Source of the DNA: a bacterium
Lineage (GTDB): Bacteria; Patescibacteriota; Patescibacteriia; Patescibacteriales; GWC2-42-12
Length of the DNA: 49,820 nt
NCBI GenBank assembly: GCA_043807825.1
Contig: JAZDFM010000029.1
Location: 1-49,820, forward strand
Direction: 5' to 3'
How positions within the stretch are numbered: position 1 is the first letter of the stretch; each line of letters opens with the position of its first letter. The notes below the pieces were generated by a model. That model saw nothing but the letters and a program-made list of their open reading frames with translations, was not told where the DNA came from and made no database searches. This document shows positions 9,177 to 18,815 of the stretch, in pieces. The translations under genes were made by a program, and so were the position numbers.

Positions 9177-10871
9177 ATGAAATATTCAAAGTTATTCGGC
9201 CGGACCATCAAAACAATTTCAGGAGATTTGAAATTGGCAAGCAACAAGTATCTTTATCAAGCCGGGTTTATAAGAGAATCCGCGGCCGGAAGATATTATT
9301 ATCTGCCGCTTGGAATGATTGTTCGCGATAAAGTTTCAAAAATAATTGAGCAAAAAATGGACAAAAGCGGGGCGCAAAAAATGCTGGCTCCGGTTTTGCA
9401 TCCGCTGGAATTATGGAAAGAAACCAATCGCGCCGAATCGGTAAGTTTTGAATTGATGAAAGTCAAAGACAGAAACGGCTCCGAATTCGCTTTGGGAGGC
9501 ACGGCTGAGGAAATGATAGTTGATTTGGTTAGGAAATTCAATGTGAGCTATAGCGATTTGCCTTTTCATATTTACCAGTTTTCAACGAAATTCCGCGATG
9601 AATTAAGGGCGCGCGGAGGTTTGTTGAGATTGCGGGAGTTTTTAATGAAAGACGGATATTCTTTTCATGCAGACGAAAATGATTTCAAGAAAGAATACGA
9701 GAAGATGAAAAAAACATATAGCGATATTTTTAAAGCGCTGGGCATGGAAACTTTGATTGTAGAATCTGACAACGGATATATTGGAGGAGACTATTGCCAT
9801 GAATTTATCGTGGAAAGCCCGGCCGGCGAAAGTTGTTTTCTTTATACTGAAGACGGTTCGTACGCGTCGCATGAAGACACGGCGAAATTTTTAAAAGAGA
9901 AAAAAAATGCCGATGAAAAAGAAGAAAAATTAACCGAAGCGCAAGCGCCCAGAGGCAAAACCATGGATGATGGAGTGAAATTTCATAAATTGCCTTTATG
10001 GCGCCAGATAAAAGATGTGATGTTTGTTGATGAAAAAGGCAGATTTATTTTAGCCGTTATCCGGGGAGATTTGAATGTGAATGAAACCAAGCTGAAAAAT
10101 ATGGTCAAAGCAATTGAGCTTCGCCATGCCACCGACGAAGAAATCAGGGAATTGGGAAGCGAACCCGGATTTATTTCTCCTGTCGGAATTGATAAAAAAG
10201 TTTTAGTTGCCGCGGACGATTCTTTGAAAAACGTAAAAAATTGCTACGGAGGATCAAACAAAAAAGATGTTGATTTGCTCAATGTCAATATGGGCAGGGA
10301 TTACAAGCCGAATCTGGAAGGCGATATTGCCATGGCCGAACAAGGCTTTTTGAGCGAACAAGGCAAAAAACTTTTGTCTGGCAAGGGGATTGAAGTCGGC
10401 AATATTTTTCAATTAGGTCGCCATTACAGCGAGAAAATGAAAGCTTGTTTTACGGATAAAAACGGCAAGGAAAAATTGTATTACATGGGATGCTACGGAA
10501 TCGGCGTTGATCGGACAATCGCCGCCATTGTTGAAAAAAATCATGACGGCAAAGGCATAATCTGGCCCGAATCCGCGGCGCCTTTCAAGGTTCATCTGAT
10601 AGTTTTGGGAAAAGACGGAAAAATTTATAAGCAAGCCGAAGAAATATATGAAAAATTATTAAAACATGGCGTGGAAATTTTGTACGATGACAGGATTGAT
10701 GTTATGGCCGGAGAAAAATTCGCTGACGCGGATTTGATCGGTTTGCCTCTGCGGATCGTTATCAGCGAAAAATCTTTGAAAGCCGGAGGTATGGAAGCAA
10801 AGCCGAGAAACAGCGAAAAAAGCGAAATCGTTAAAATTGAAAATTTAGAAAAATTTATCAGCGAAATTTAA
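9177..10871 (+). CDS. proS: prolyl-tRNA synthetase (bacterial type with INS editing domain)
   Basis: 564 aa. N-terminal SKLFGRT...AGFIR...AGRYYYLPLG, class II motifs, and a central YbaK-like insertion. Confidence 0.95.
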   Translation: MKYSKLFGRTIKTISGDLKLASNKYLYQAGFIRESAAGRYYYLPLGMIVRDKVSKIIEQKMDKSGAQKMLAPVLHPLELWKETNRAESVSFELMKVKDRNGSEFALGGTAEEMIVDLVRKFNVSYSDLPFHIYQFSTKFRDELRARGGLLRLREFLMKDGYSFHADENDFKKEYEKMKKTYSDIFKALGMETLIVESDNGYIGGDYCHEFIVESPAGESCFLYTEDGSYASHEDTAKFLKEKKNADEKEEKLTEAQAPRGKTMDDGVKFHKLPLWRQIKDVMFVDEKGRFILAVIRGDLNVNETKLKNMVKAIELRHATDEEIRELGSEPGFISPVGIDKKVLVAADDSLKNVKNCYGGSNKKDVDLLNVNMGRDYKPNLEGDIAMAEQGFLSEQGKKLLSGKGIEVGNIFQLGRHYSEKMKACFTDKNGKEKLYYMGCYGIGVDRTIAAIVEKNHDGKGIIWPESAAPFKVHLIVLGKDGKIYKQAEEIYEKLLKHGVEILYDDRIDVMAGEKFADADLIGLPLRIVISEKSLKAGGMEAKPRNSEKSEIVKIENLEKFISEI

Positions 10872-10886
10872 TTTTTAATTACAAAT

Positions 10887-11810
10887 ATGAAAAAATTGAT
10901 ATTGCCAAGTTTGTTGATTGCGTTATTGCTCGGAGGATGTTCTCTTAAGTTTCCAGAAGGCAAGACCGCTAAAAAAATTCTCGGACCCGAACAAGCCAAA
11001 GCCACGGCGGAAAAATTCATCAATGAAAATTTATTGCCGGAAAGCACTAAAGCGACTGTCAAAAATGTAACCGACGAGGGCGATGTTTATAACATAAATC
11101 TTGAAGTTGAAGGCAAAGATTACACTTCTTACATGACCAAAGACGGGGCCAAATTTTTTCAATCCGGAATTGACATGGAAAAAATGGCTCAAGAAAACAA
11201 AACGCAGAATCAGGATGCCGCGGTTCAAACTGAAACTGTTGTTCCAAAAAGCGACAAGCCGAAAGTTGAATTGTTCATTATGACCTATTGCCCTTACGGA
11301 TTGCAGGCGGAAAAAGGAATTTTGCCGGCTTTCAAAGCTTTGGGGGATAAAATAGACGCCAGCATAAAATTTGTTCATTATTTCATGCATGGCGACAAGG
11401 AAGAGCAGGAAACATACAATCAAATCTGCGTCAGAGAAGAACAGCCGGCGAAATTCAACGCTTATCTTGATTGTTTCACGATAGAAGGCGATAGCGCGAA
11501 ATGCCTTGATAAAGCCGGAATTGATAAAGCGAAATTAAATAGCTGCGTTAAATCTAAGTCTAAAGACATGTATAAAGCCGATTCGGAGTTAAGCCAAAAA
11601 TACGGAGTGGAAGGAAGCCCGACTTTGGTTATCAATGGAGTTAAATCCGATGCCGGCCGCGACGCGGCCAGCTATTTGGCCGGAATTTGCGCGGCTTTCA
11701 ACAACGCGCCTTCACAATGCTCTGAAAAACTTTCTTCATCGTCTCCGTCCGCGGGTTTCGGAGCCGGAAGCGATAATTCGGGATCGGAAAACGCCGGATG
11801 CGGGCAATAA
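10887..11810 (+). CDS. lipoprotein with thioredoxin-like/DsbA-like domain
   Basis: Lipobox LLLGGC. The CPYG redox motif in VELFIMTYCPYG and GSPTLVINGV are typical of the DsbA/thioredoxin fold. Confidence 0.65.
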   Translation: MKKLILPSLLIALLLGGCSLKFPEGKTAKKILGPEQAKATAEKFINENLLPESTKATVKNVTDEGDVYNINLEVEGKDYTSYMTKDGAKFFQSGIDMEKMAQENKTQNQDAAVQTETVVPKSDKPKVELFIMTYCPYGLQAEKGILPAFKALGDKIDASIKFVHYFMHGDKEEQETYNQICVREEQPAKFNAYLDCFTIEGDSAKCLDKAGIDKAKLNSCVKSKSKDMYKADSELSQKYGVEGSPTLVINGVKSDAGRDAASYLAGICAAFNNAPSQCSEKLSSSSPSAGFGAGSDNSGSENAGCGQ

Positions 11811-11830
11811 ATAAACATTTGATAAAAAAT

Positions 11831-12304
11831 ATGAAAGAGCAAATAGATTTTTCGGAAGTTAAAAAAGAATTGTTAAAACAAGTATTAACAAAAAAAGAAC
11901 GAATAAGCTCTTTTCCTTCGGAAGTTAAAAAAAAATTATTAAGACAAGTATTAACAAAATTAGATGAAGTTAACAATCATTGGCAAAATATCAATGATAA
12001 TTCCGGTATTATTGGTGGAAACGCGCAAAGTTGCGGAATGCATGAATGGGAGGTAAGAAATTTGGAAAAAGAAGTTGCCGGAGAATTAGCTGCTATTGAT
12101 TTTAATAGAGAAGATTTAACAGAGGAAGATTCAAAAATTATAAATAATTATTTATCAATGGGCGATATTGGAATTTTGCAAGAAATTATTGCCAAGAAAG
12201 CAGATATTGAATACAGAGATCCGTTTGATGATAACCCTACGCATGCATCAGGGTCGGCTGAACAAATATTGAAAGAAATAGAAAAAGAAAAAAAATTAAA
12301 TTAA
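11831..12304 (+). CDS. hypothetical protein with internal 22-aa repeat
   Basis: ATG at 11831 follows the upstream stop. A 66-nt in-frame direct repeat (ttcggaagttaaaaaa...caagtattaacaaaa at 11851 and 11917) encodes SEVKK.LL.QVLTK twice. No family recognised. Confidence 0.5.
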   Translation: MKEQIDFSEVKKELLKQVLTKKERISSFPSEVKKKLLRQVLTKLDEVNNHWQNINDNSGIIGGNAQSCGMHEWEVRNLEKEVAGELAAIDFNREDLTEEDSKIINNYLSMGDIGILQEIIAKKADIEYRDPFDDNPTHASGSAEQILKEIEKEKKLN

Positions 12305-12333
12305 CCGGCTGTCAAATATGAGATGTATAACCC

Positions 12334-12361
12334 TTGCAATTTTCGGTTATTAGTGTATAAT
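12334..12361 (+). promoter_or_regulatory. sigma70-like promoter for rpsA (TTGCAA-16-TATAAT)
   Basis: ttgcaa at 12334-12339 and tataat at 12356-12361, in the intergenic region upstream of the S1 gene. Confidence 0.55.
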
Positions 12362-12457
12362 TGACGGATAACTAAATAAACGCCAATAATTAAGCCTTTG
12401 GCATTGGCGGCCGAAGGGCTTTTCTGCGAAGAAAGGTTAAGAGTATTTTTTTATTTT

Positions 12458-13549
12458 ATGAAACAAGACAACATGTCCGATGATGATTTTCAGAAATTAT
12501 TGGATTTGGAAAACGCGAAAATTCCCCAAGCAGGAGATATTGTGGAAGGCGTTGTTTTATCATCTTCAAAATCCGAAGTTAAACTTGATATTGACGGAAT
12601 GGTTACCGGAGTCGTGCGCGGGCGCGAGCTTTATTTTGAAGCCGAAGAATACGCGAATTTAAAGCCCGGAGACAAAGTTGAAGCGACTGTGGTTGAAGAA
12701 GAAAATGAGAATGGAGATTTGGAATTGTCATTCAGGAGCGCGGGCCAGCAAAAAGCTTGGAGCGCTTTGTTTGACGCTTATGAAAACAGGAAAATATTGA
12801 AATTCAGAGTCAATGACGCGAATAAAGGCGGTTTGATCGTGAGCTATGGGCAAATCCAAGGATTTTTGCCTGTTTCCCAATTGGCTCCGGAAAATTATCC
12901 GCGCGTCAATGGAGGCGATAAAAGCAGGATTTTAGACAAGCTTAAATCTTTTATCGGCTCCGATTTTGAAGCGAAAATCATGACTTTGGATGAAAAAGAC
13001 GAAAAATTGATTATCAGCGAAAAAGAAGCTTGGCAGGAAAAGCAGAAAGATATAATTTCAAAATATAAAGTCGGCAGCGTGATTGAAGGAGTAATTACGG
13101 CTTTGACCGATTTTGGAGTGTTCATAAGCTTCGGAGAAAATTTGGAAGGCTTGATCCATATTTCGGAGTTGGCTTGGCAGAGAATTGACGATCCGTCGGA
13201 TTTGTTTAAAGCGGGAGACAAAGTCAAAGCTGAGATTATTTCAATTGAAGGGTCAAAAATATTTTTGTCGGTAAAAAAACTTTTGAAAGATCCGTGGGAT
13301 GGCGTTGAAAATAAATATAAAGTCGGGCAATCTGTTTCCGGCATTATACTTAAAGTCAATCCATTCGGCTTGTTTGTTGAATTAGATCCTGATATTCACG
13401 GGTTGGCGCATATCAGCCAGATCAATTTGGCGCCTGACCAGAAAATCAATGACGCGTTTCATTCAGGAGATAAAAAAGAATTTACGATTGTTTCAATTGA
13501 GCCGAAAGATCATCGTTTGGGGTTGTCATTCCAGCCGGAAGTTAAATAA
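12458..13549 (+). CDS. rpsA: 30S ribosomal protein S1 (four S1 domains)
   Basis: Repeated S1/OB motifs (G..V.G.V......G..V....G..GF.P.S). The ATG at 12458 (MKQDNMSDDD) is preferred to the upstream non-ATG start of the ORF track. Confidence 0.9.
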   Translation: MKQDNMSDDDFQKLLDLENAKIPQAGDIVEGVVLSSSKSEVKLDIDGMVTGVVRGRELYFEAEEYANLKPGDKVEATVVEEENENGDLELSFRSAGQQKAWSALFDAYENRKILKFRVNDANKGGLIVSYGQIQGFLPVSQLAPENYPRVNGGDKSRILDKLKSFIGSDFEAKIMTLDEKDEKLIISEKEAWQEKQKDIISKYKVGSVIEGVITALTDFGVFISFGENLEGLIHISELAWQRIDDPSDLFKAGDKVKAEIISIEGSKIFLSVKKLLKDPWDGVENKYKVGQSVSGIILKVNPFGLFVELDPDIHGLAHISQINLAPDQKINDAFHSGDKKEFTIVSIEPKDHRLGLSFQPEVK

Positions 13550-13567
13550 ATTTTAGAAAAAAATAAA

Positions 13568-13611
13568 AACGCCTCTAACGCAAGCAAAGTTCCGGGAGGC
13601 GTTTTTTTTTG
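13568..13611 (+). terminator. rho-independent terminator after rpsA
   Basis: 8-bp stem aacgcctc/gaggcgtt followed by a T9 run. Confidence 0.75.
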
Positions 13612-13636
13612 TAGAATGTAAGAAAGATGTTATAAT
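13609..13636 (+). promoter_or_regulatory. promoter for the glyQS leader (TTGTAG-16-TGtTATAAT, extended -10)
   Basis: ttgtag at 13609-13614, tg at 13628-13629, tataat at 13631-13636. Predicts a leader of about 157 nt. Confidence 0.6.
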
Positions 13637-13675
13637 GATATGTAGTTTAATAATTAGAATTTGCGATGTTAATTG

Positions 13676-13777
13676 GCAGTTGGCTGAAATCAGCGATTTT
13701 TTCGTTGCGGAACTCGTCCGCCTGTCGTCGTACTCAAACAGTCCTCGCTTCAAAAATCACTAATTTCAGCCAACTGC
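13676..13777 (+). other. 102-nt long-stem hairpin / inverted-repeat element in the glyQS 5' leader
   Basis: Arm 13676-13701 (gcagttggctgaaatcagcgattttt) pairs with 13752-13777 at 24 of 26 positions. The 50-nt loop contains the gcgga/tccgc sub-hairpin. Confidence 0.7.
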
Positions 13778-13799
13778 TTTAGATCCGCTGTTAAAAAAT

Positions 13800-15206
13800 A
13801 TGGGAAACAAAAACGATAACGCGATATTGGAAAAAATCGTTTCTTTATGCAAAAGGCGGGGTTTTATATTTCCGTCTTCGGAAATTTACGGAGGCTTGTC
13901 GGCTGTTTATGATTACGGCCATTATGGAATATTGTTGAAAAATAATATCAGAGATTCTTGGTGGAAAAGCATGGTTCAGGAACGGAGCGATGTCGTCGGT
14001 CTTGACAGCGCGATTTTTATGCATCCGAAAACATGGGTTGCTTCCGGGCATGTGGAAGGATTCAACGACCCTCAAGTTGATTGCAAAATTTGCAAAAACA
14101 GATTCAGGGCGGATCATCTTTTAAAAAATTACGGCATTGAAGCCGATAAAGCGACTGTCGGAGAAATCAACGGATATTTGTCCGAGCTGAAGAAGAATAA
14201 AAAGTTAAAATGCCCGAGTTGCGGTTCTTCCAATTTGACGGACGCGAAAATATTTTCGCTGATGGTCAAGTCAAACATCGGCTCTCCCACGGAAGAATTC
14301 AAAGAAGAAAATGTCGTGTATTTAAGGCCGGAAACTTGCGGAGGGATATATTTGGAGTACAAAAATACGGTTGATTCTTTAAGAAAAAAGCTTCCGTTCG
14401 GCATTGCTCAAGTGGGCAAGGCTTTCAGAAATGAAATTGTCGCTCGGCAATTTATTTTCCGGACAAGAGAATTTGAACAAATGGAAATGCAGTATTTTCT
14501 CCATCCGGATATGATGAAAGAAAAATATGAAATGTGGAAAGAAATAAGGTGGAATTGGTATTTGGCGAACGGCGTTCCGGCGGATAAAATAAAATGGTTC
14601 AAACATGAGAAGCTCGCGCATTACGCTTCGGAGGCTTATGATATTTTGTATGATTTTGAGGCGTTGGGAGGATTTGACGAAGTTGAAGGAGCGCATGCCA
14701 GAGGAAATTGGGATTTGTCCCGCCATTCGGAATTTTCCGGCGTTAAGCTTGATTATACGGACGAGAAAACCGGCGAAAAATTTATTCCTCATATTATGGA
14801 AACATCGGCCGGGCTTAACAGATTGCTTTTAATGTTCCTTGATTTGGCTTATTCGGAAGAAAAAATCGGCGATGAAACCAGAATTGTCATGAAATTTCCC
14901 AAGCATTTGGCGCCGATAAAAATCGCGGTTTTCCCGTTGCTGAAAAACAAGCCCGAGCTTGTCAAAAAAGCCAAGGAATTGTATTTCAATCTTTCCCGCG
15001 ATTATATGTGCGAGTTTGACGATAATGGAAATATCGGAAAACGCTATCGCCGGCAGGATGAAATCGGAACTCCGTATTGCTTAACTGTTGATTTTGAAAC
15101 TCTTGAAGACGAAAAAATCACCGTGAGAGACAGAGATACGATGAAACAGGAAAGAGTGGCGATTTCAAATTTGAATGATTTTTTCGCGGGTAAATTTAAT
15201 GTATAA
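13800..15206 (+). CDS. glyQS: glycyl-tRNA synthetase (dimeric alpha2 type)
   Basis: 468 aa. N-terminal RRGFIFPSSEIYGG...YDYG, class II motifs and a C-terminal anticodon-binding domain. Confidence 0.95.
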   Translation: MGNKNDNAILEKIVSLCKRRGFIFPSSEIYGGLSAVYDYGHYGILLKNNIRDSWWKSMVQERSDVVGLDSAIFMHPKTWVASGHVEGFNDPQVDCKICKNRFRADHLLKNYGIEADKATVGEINGYLSELKKNKKLKCPSCGSSNLTDAKIFSLMVKSNIGSPTEEFKEENVVYLRPETCGGIYLEYKNTVDSLRKKLPFGIAQVGKAFRNEIVARQFIFRTREFEQMEMQYFLHPDMMKEKYEMWKEIRWNWYLANGVPADKIKWFKHEKLAHYASEAYDILYDFEALGGFDEVEGAHARGNWDLSRHSEFSGVKLDYTDEKTGEKFIPHIMETSAGLNRLLLMFLDLAYSEEKIGDETRIVMKFPKHLAPIKIAVFPLLKNKPELVKKAKELYFNLSRDYMCEFDDNGNIGKRYRRQDEIGTPYCLTVDFETLEDEKITVRDRDTMKQERVAISNLNDFFAGKFNV

Positions 15207-15216
15207 TTATAAATAA

Positions 15217-17046
15217 ATGAAAAACTTAATTAAAAATTTCTTGATATTTTTTACCGTGTTTTTAATGATAGCGTCGCTGTTCAGCATTTTGGCCGGAGGC
15301 AAAAAATCCGAACAAGCCGGCATTGAAACTTTAGTCGGCCAGATCAATAATCAGGAAATAAGCAAAATAGCCATATCCGGAAATGAAATAACCGCGTTTT
15401 TGAAAGACGGGAAAAGCGAGATTATAAAAAAAGAGCCTGGAGACACTTTTTCCCAAATCGTGAAAAATTATAATATTGATCCGGAAAAGTTGAGCGGATT
15501 GTCGGTTGAAGTGAAGGATGAGCAAGGATTGGGGTATTGGTTTTCGGTTATTCTGCCTTTTTTGATTCCATTTTTATTGATCAGTGTTTTTATTTATTTT
15601 ATGATGCGTTCGGTGCAGGGAGCCAATTCAAAAGCCATGTCGTTCGGCCAGTCGCAAGCCAGGGAAACCGGCAAAGAGTTCAAGGGCAAAGTGACATTCA
15701 AAGATGTGGCCGGAGCCAAAGAAGCAAAAGAAGAATTGTCCGAGGTTGTTGAATTTTTAAAAAATCCCAAGAAGTTTTCCGAGCTTGGAGCGCGCACGCC
15801 GCGCGGAGTTTTGCTTTTGGGCAGTCCGGGAACCGGAAAAACTTTGCTGGCTCGCTCTGTTTCCGGAGAAGCGAGCGTTCCGTTTTTTTCCATTTCAGGA
15901 TCGGAATTTGTTGAAATGTTCGTCGGGGTCGGAGCTTCGCGCGTAAGAGATTTGTTCAGAAAAGCGAAAAAGAGCGCGCCTTGCATAATTTTCATTGATG
16001 AAATTGACGCGGTCGGCCGCCGGCGCGGAGCCGGTTTGGGAGGATCTCATGATGAACGCGAGCAGACTCTGAATCAAATATTGGTGGAAATGGATGGTTT
16101 TGATCCCAACGCCAATGTCATTGTCATCGCGGCGACCAATCGTCCGGATGTTTTGGATCCGGCCTTGTTAAGGCCCGGGCGTTTTGACCGCCGGGTTATT
16201 TTGGACGAGCCTGATTTGGCGGATAGAGAAGCTATTTTGAAAGTCCATTCAAAAGAAAAGCCGTTCGGCAAAGATGTGAGCCTGAAAAGGGTGGCGGAAA
16301 GAACGCCGGGATTTACCGGAGCGGATTTGGCCAATCTTTTGAATGAAGCCGCGATTTTGGCGGCTATGAAAAATAAAAAAATCATAGATTTGGAAGAAAT
16401 TTTTTCTTCCATTGAAAAAGTGATGATGGGGCCGGAAAGGAAGTCAAGAATTTTATCGGATAAAGAAAAAAAGATAACCGCTTATCATGAAGCCGGCCAT
16501 GCCATTGCCGCGCATTTTCTTCCGCATAGCGATCCCGTGCAGAAAGTTTCCATTATCGCGCGCGGCCAAGCCGGCGGGTATACTTTAAAACTGCCGCTTG
16601 AAGACAAGCATATGTATTCAAAAACCGAGTATGTGGAAGAAATCGCCGTCTTGCTTGCAGGATACATTGCCGAACAAGAAATTTTCGGAGAAGTTACGAC
16701 CGGCGCCACTTCCGACTTAAGGCGCGCTACGAATTTAGCCAGAAAATTGATCACGGATTTCGGCATGAGCGAATCGCTGGGACCGCGGACTTTCGGTGAA
16801 AAAGACGAGATGATATTTTTAGGAAGGGAAATACATGAACAGCGTGATTACAGCGAAAAAGTCGCTGAGCAGATTGATAAAGAAATATCAAATTTCATTG
16901 ACCGGGCCGCGCATCAGGCAAAAGGCTTGATTAAATCAAAGCATGAATTTTTGGAAAAAGTCGTAGCCGAGCTTATGGAAAAAGAAACTTTGGAGAAAGA
17001 AGAGTTTGAAAAAATCGTGGGCCCGAAATTGAAAGAAGAAGTTTAA
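15217..17046 (+). CDS. ftsH: ATP-dependent zinc metalloprotease FtsH
   Basis: Two N-terminal TM helices, AAA+ Walker A GSPGTGKT, Walker [12 protein letters not shown], and the HEAGH zinc site. Confidence 0.97.
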   Translation: MKNLIKNFLIFFTVFLMIASLFSILAGGKKSEQAGIETLVGQINNQEISKIAISGNEITAFLKDGKSEIIKKEPGDTFSQIVKNYNIDPEKLSGLSVEVKDEQGLGYWFSVILPFLIPFLLISVFIYFMMRSVQGANSKAMSFGQSQARETGKEFKGKVTFKDVAGAKEAKEELSEVVEFLKNPKKFSELGARTPRGVLLLGSPGTGKTLLARSVSGEASVPFFSISGSEFVEMFVGVGASRVRDLFRKAKKSAPCIIFIDEIDAVGRRRGAGLGGSHDEREQTLNQILVEMDGFDPNANVIVIAATNRPDVLDPALLRPGRFDRRVILDEPDLADREAILKVHSKEKPFGKDVSLKRVAERTPGFTGADLANLLNEAAILAAMKNKKIIDLEEIFSSIEKVMMGPERKSRILSDKEKKITAYHEAGHAIAAHFLPHSDPVQKVSIIARGQAGGYTLKLPLEDKHMYSKTEYVEEIAVLLAGYIAEQEIFGEVTTGATSDLRRATNLARKLITDFGMSESLGPRTFGEKDEMIFLGREIHEQRDYSEKVAEQIDKEISNFIDRAAHQAKGLIKSKHEFLEKVVAELMEKETLEKEEFEKIVGPKLKEEV

Positions 17047-17145
17047 CGCAAGCCTTCTTCTGAAGATGCTTAAAAATAAAATTTGTGGTATAATATAAAT
17101 ATAATAATTAAATTTCGCTTTATAATAGCGATTAAAGGAGGCTTT

Positions 17146-18126
17146 ATGCCATTTTACAGAAATATTTTAAAACAATCATTATCGCTCACATGGCGCAATA
17201 AATATTTTTGGTGGTTTGGAATTTTCGCCGCCTTGCTCGGCAACGGCGGAGAATTTGAAATTTTATTCAATAATCCGAGCGCCAATCCCGGCCAAAATTT
17301 GTTTCCTTTTTGGAACAGAATCGCCGCCACGGGTTTGTTCAGCAGGCGATCTTTGGAAAATATCGGCCATCTTTTCAAGAGCGACACTTTAAACATGGTT
17401 TTTATCTCAGCCGTTTTATTGATTATTTTGGCTGTTTTTTTATTTTTGGTTTGGATAATCACAGTTTCCCAGGCGGCCATAGTGAACAATTCAGCTTCGG
17501 CCATCAAGAATAAAAAACATGTTTTTAAAGATGGCGTAAATTCCGGAATTTTAAATTTTTGGCCGGTATTAAGCTTGAATATCATGATTAAAGCCATTAT
17601 ATCCGCTCTGCTTTTTGCCGTCAGCATCCCGATTTTTTTCAAAATGAATTTTAACTTCAATTTATTGCATATCGCTTTTTTGGCGGTGGCGGTTATGGCG
17701 GCTATAATTTTATCTTTTATAATGAAATACGCGATTGCCTGCGTTGTTATCAACAAAAGCAAAGTTTTTCCCGCGATTAAGCAAAGCTGGGTTATTTTCA
17801 GGAAAAATTGGCTTATAAGCTTTGAAATGGCGGTTATTTTGTTTTTCATAAATTTATTGATCACATTCGCCGCAATTTTATGTATTCTTGTTTTGGCTGT
17901 GCCGTTTTTGTTCTTGGCCACAGTTTTTTCTTCTTTTTCCGTATTATGCTCATGGCTGATTGTTATTTCCGCTTTGGCCGTTTTTCTGTCCATTATAGTT
18001 TTCTCCGGAGCCATTTTGTCTGTTTTTCAAATTTCTTCCTGGACCGGTTTGTTCATTGAGCTGGATAAAAACAGCGGCGAAAGCAAATTAGCCAGAATAG
18101 CCAATAATATTATTAACGCGCGATAA
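17146..18126 (+). CDS. polytopic membrane protein, function unknown
   Basis: aggagg RBS 6 nt before the ATG at 17146. An extended -10 (tggtataat) ends at 17094. Multiple hydrophobic helices and no recognised family. Confidence 0.6.
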   Translation: MPFYRNILKQSLSLTWRNKYFWWFGIFAALLGNGGEFEILFNNPSANPGQNLFPFWNRIAATGLFSRRSLENIGHLFKSDTLNMVFISAVLLIILAVFLFLVWIITVSQAAIVNNSASAIKNKKHVFKDGVNSGILNFWPVLSLNIMIKAIISALLFAVSIPIFFKMNFNFNLLHIAFLAVAVMAAIILSFIMKYAIACVVINKSKVFPAIKQSWVIFRKNWLISFEMAVILFFINLLITFAAILCILVLAVPFLFLATVFSSFSVLCSWLIVISALAVFLSIIVFSGAILSVFQISSWTGLFIELDKNSGESKLARIANNIINAR

Positions 18127-18140
18127 AATCCGCCGATAGA

Positions 18141-18169
18141 AAAAGCATGACAGACAGTTATGCTTTTTT
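18141..18169 (+). terminator. rho-independent terminator
   Basis: aaaagcat / atgctttt stem followed by a T run, directly after the stop at 18126. Confidence 0.6.
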
Positions 18170-18172
18170 ATA

Positions 18173-18201
18173 TTGCAAATTTGCCTGTCTTGTGCGAGAA
18201 T
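18173..18201 (+). promoter_or_regulatory. promoter for ruvA (TTGCAA-17-GAGAAT)
   Basis: ttgcaa at 18173-18178 and gagaat at 18196-18201. 9 nt separate the -10 box from the ATG at 18211 (near-leaderless). Confidence 0.45.
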
Positions 18202-18210
18202 AAGATTATT

Positions 18211-18786
18211 ATGATCTCATATTTGAAAGGAAAAATTAAGCATAAAGGCAACGGTTTTACGGTATTGGATGTCAATGATGTTGGATATAAAATTTTTGTT
18301 TTGCCGTTATTTTATGGCGATTTGAGCGTTGGGCAGGAAATTGAATTTTATACATACCAGCAAGTCCGCGAAGACGCTTTGAATTTGTACGGATTTAAAA
18401 ATATGGAAGATTTGGAACTTTTTGAACTTTTGCTTTCGGTTTCCGGCATCGGACCCAAATCGGCCTTGGGAGTAATGTCTGCTGCGAATGCCGATGATAT
18501 AAAAGAATCAATTTATATCGGCGATCCGGCGTTATTGACAAAAGTTGCCGGCATAGGAAGAAAAACAGCGGAAAGAGTTGTTTTGGAACTTAGGGAAAAA
18601 ATCGGGAAACTTGGCGGCAGTGAAAAATTCGCCGCCGGCAAATTCGGCTCAAGCGATGAGATAGACGCTTTAATGGCCTTGGGATATTCTTTGGGGCAAG
18701 CTCGCGAAGCTCTGAAAGGAGTCGGCGCTGAAATACAAGACAGCGGCGAAAGAATCAGGAGCGCGTTAAAAGCGCTTGGAAGATAA
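18211..18786 (+). CDS. ruvA: Holliday junction DNA helicase subunit RuvA
   Basis: MISYLKGKI start, OB domain, two HhH motifs (GIGPKSA, GIGRKTAERV) and C-terminal domain III. Confidence 0.92.
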   Translation: MISYLKGKIKHKGNGFTVLDVNDVGYKIFVLPLFYGDLSVGQEIEFYTYQQVREDALNLYGFKNMEDLELFELLLSVSGIGPKSALGVMSAANADDIKESIYIGDPALLTKVAGIGRKTAERVVLELREKIGKLGGSEKFAAGKFGSSDEIDALMALGYSLGQAREALKGVGAEIQDSGERIRSALKALGR

Positions 18787-18815
18787 TTGTTTCTTTTTTA
18801 TTAGAAGATTGAATT

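Noticed and set aside
12895-13359. 154-aa antisense ORF inside rpsA, with similar cases at 1593-2150, 39201-39695 and 46119-46574
   Set aside because: All are shadow ORFs opposite confidently identified genes.
13553-13753. 66-aa minus-strand ORF between rpsA and glyQS
   Set aside because: It spans a terminator, a promoter and the long hairpin. Its composition is low-complexity and it has no start context.
13640-13799. T-box or glycine riboswitch upstream of glyQS
   Set aside because: I found no T-box consensus (AGGGUGGNACCGCG), no specifier-loop architecture, and no glycine riboswitch core (GGAGAG...CACCG). It is kept only as an unclassified hairpin.
17154-18014. 286-aa minus-strand ORF antisense to the membrane protein gene
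   Set aside because: The plus-strand frame has an aggagg RBS, an upstream extended -10 and a coherent TM-helix pattern. The antisense ORF is a Lys-rich by-product of the AT-rich sequence.
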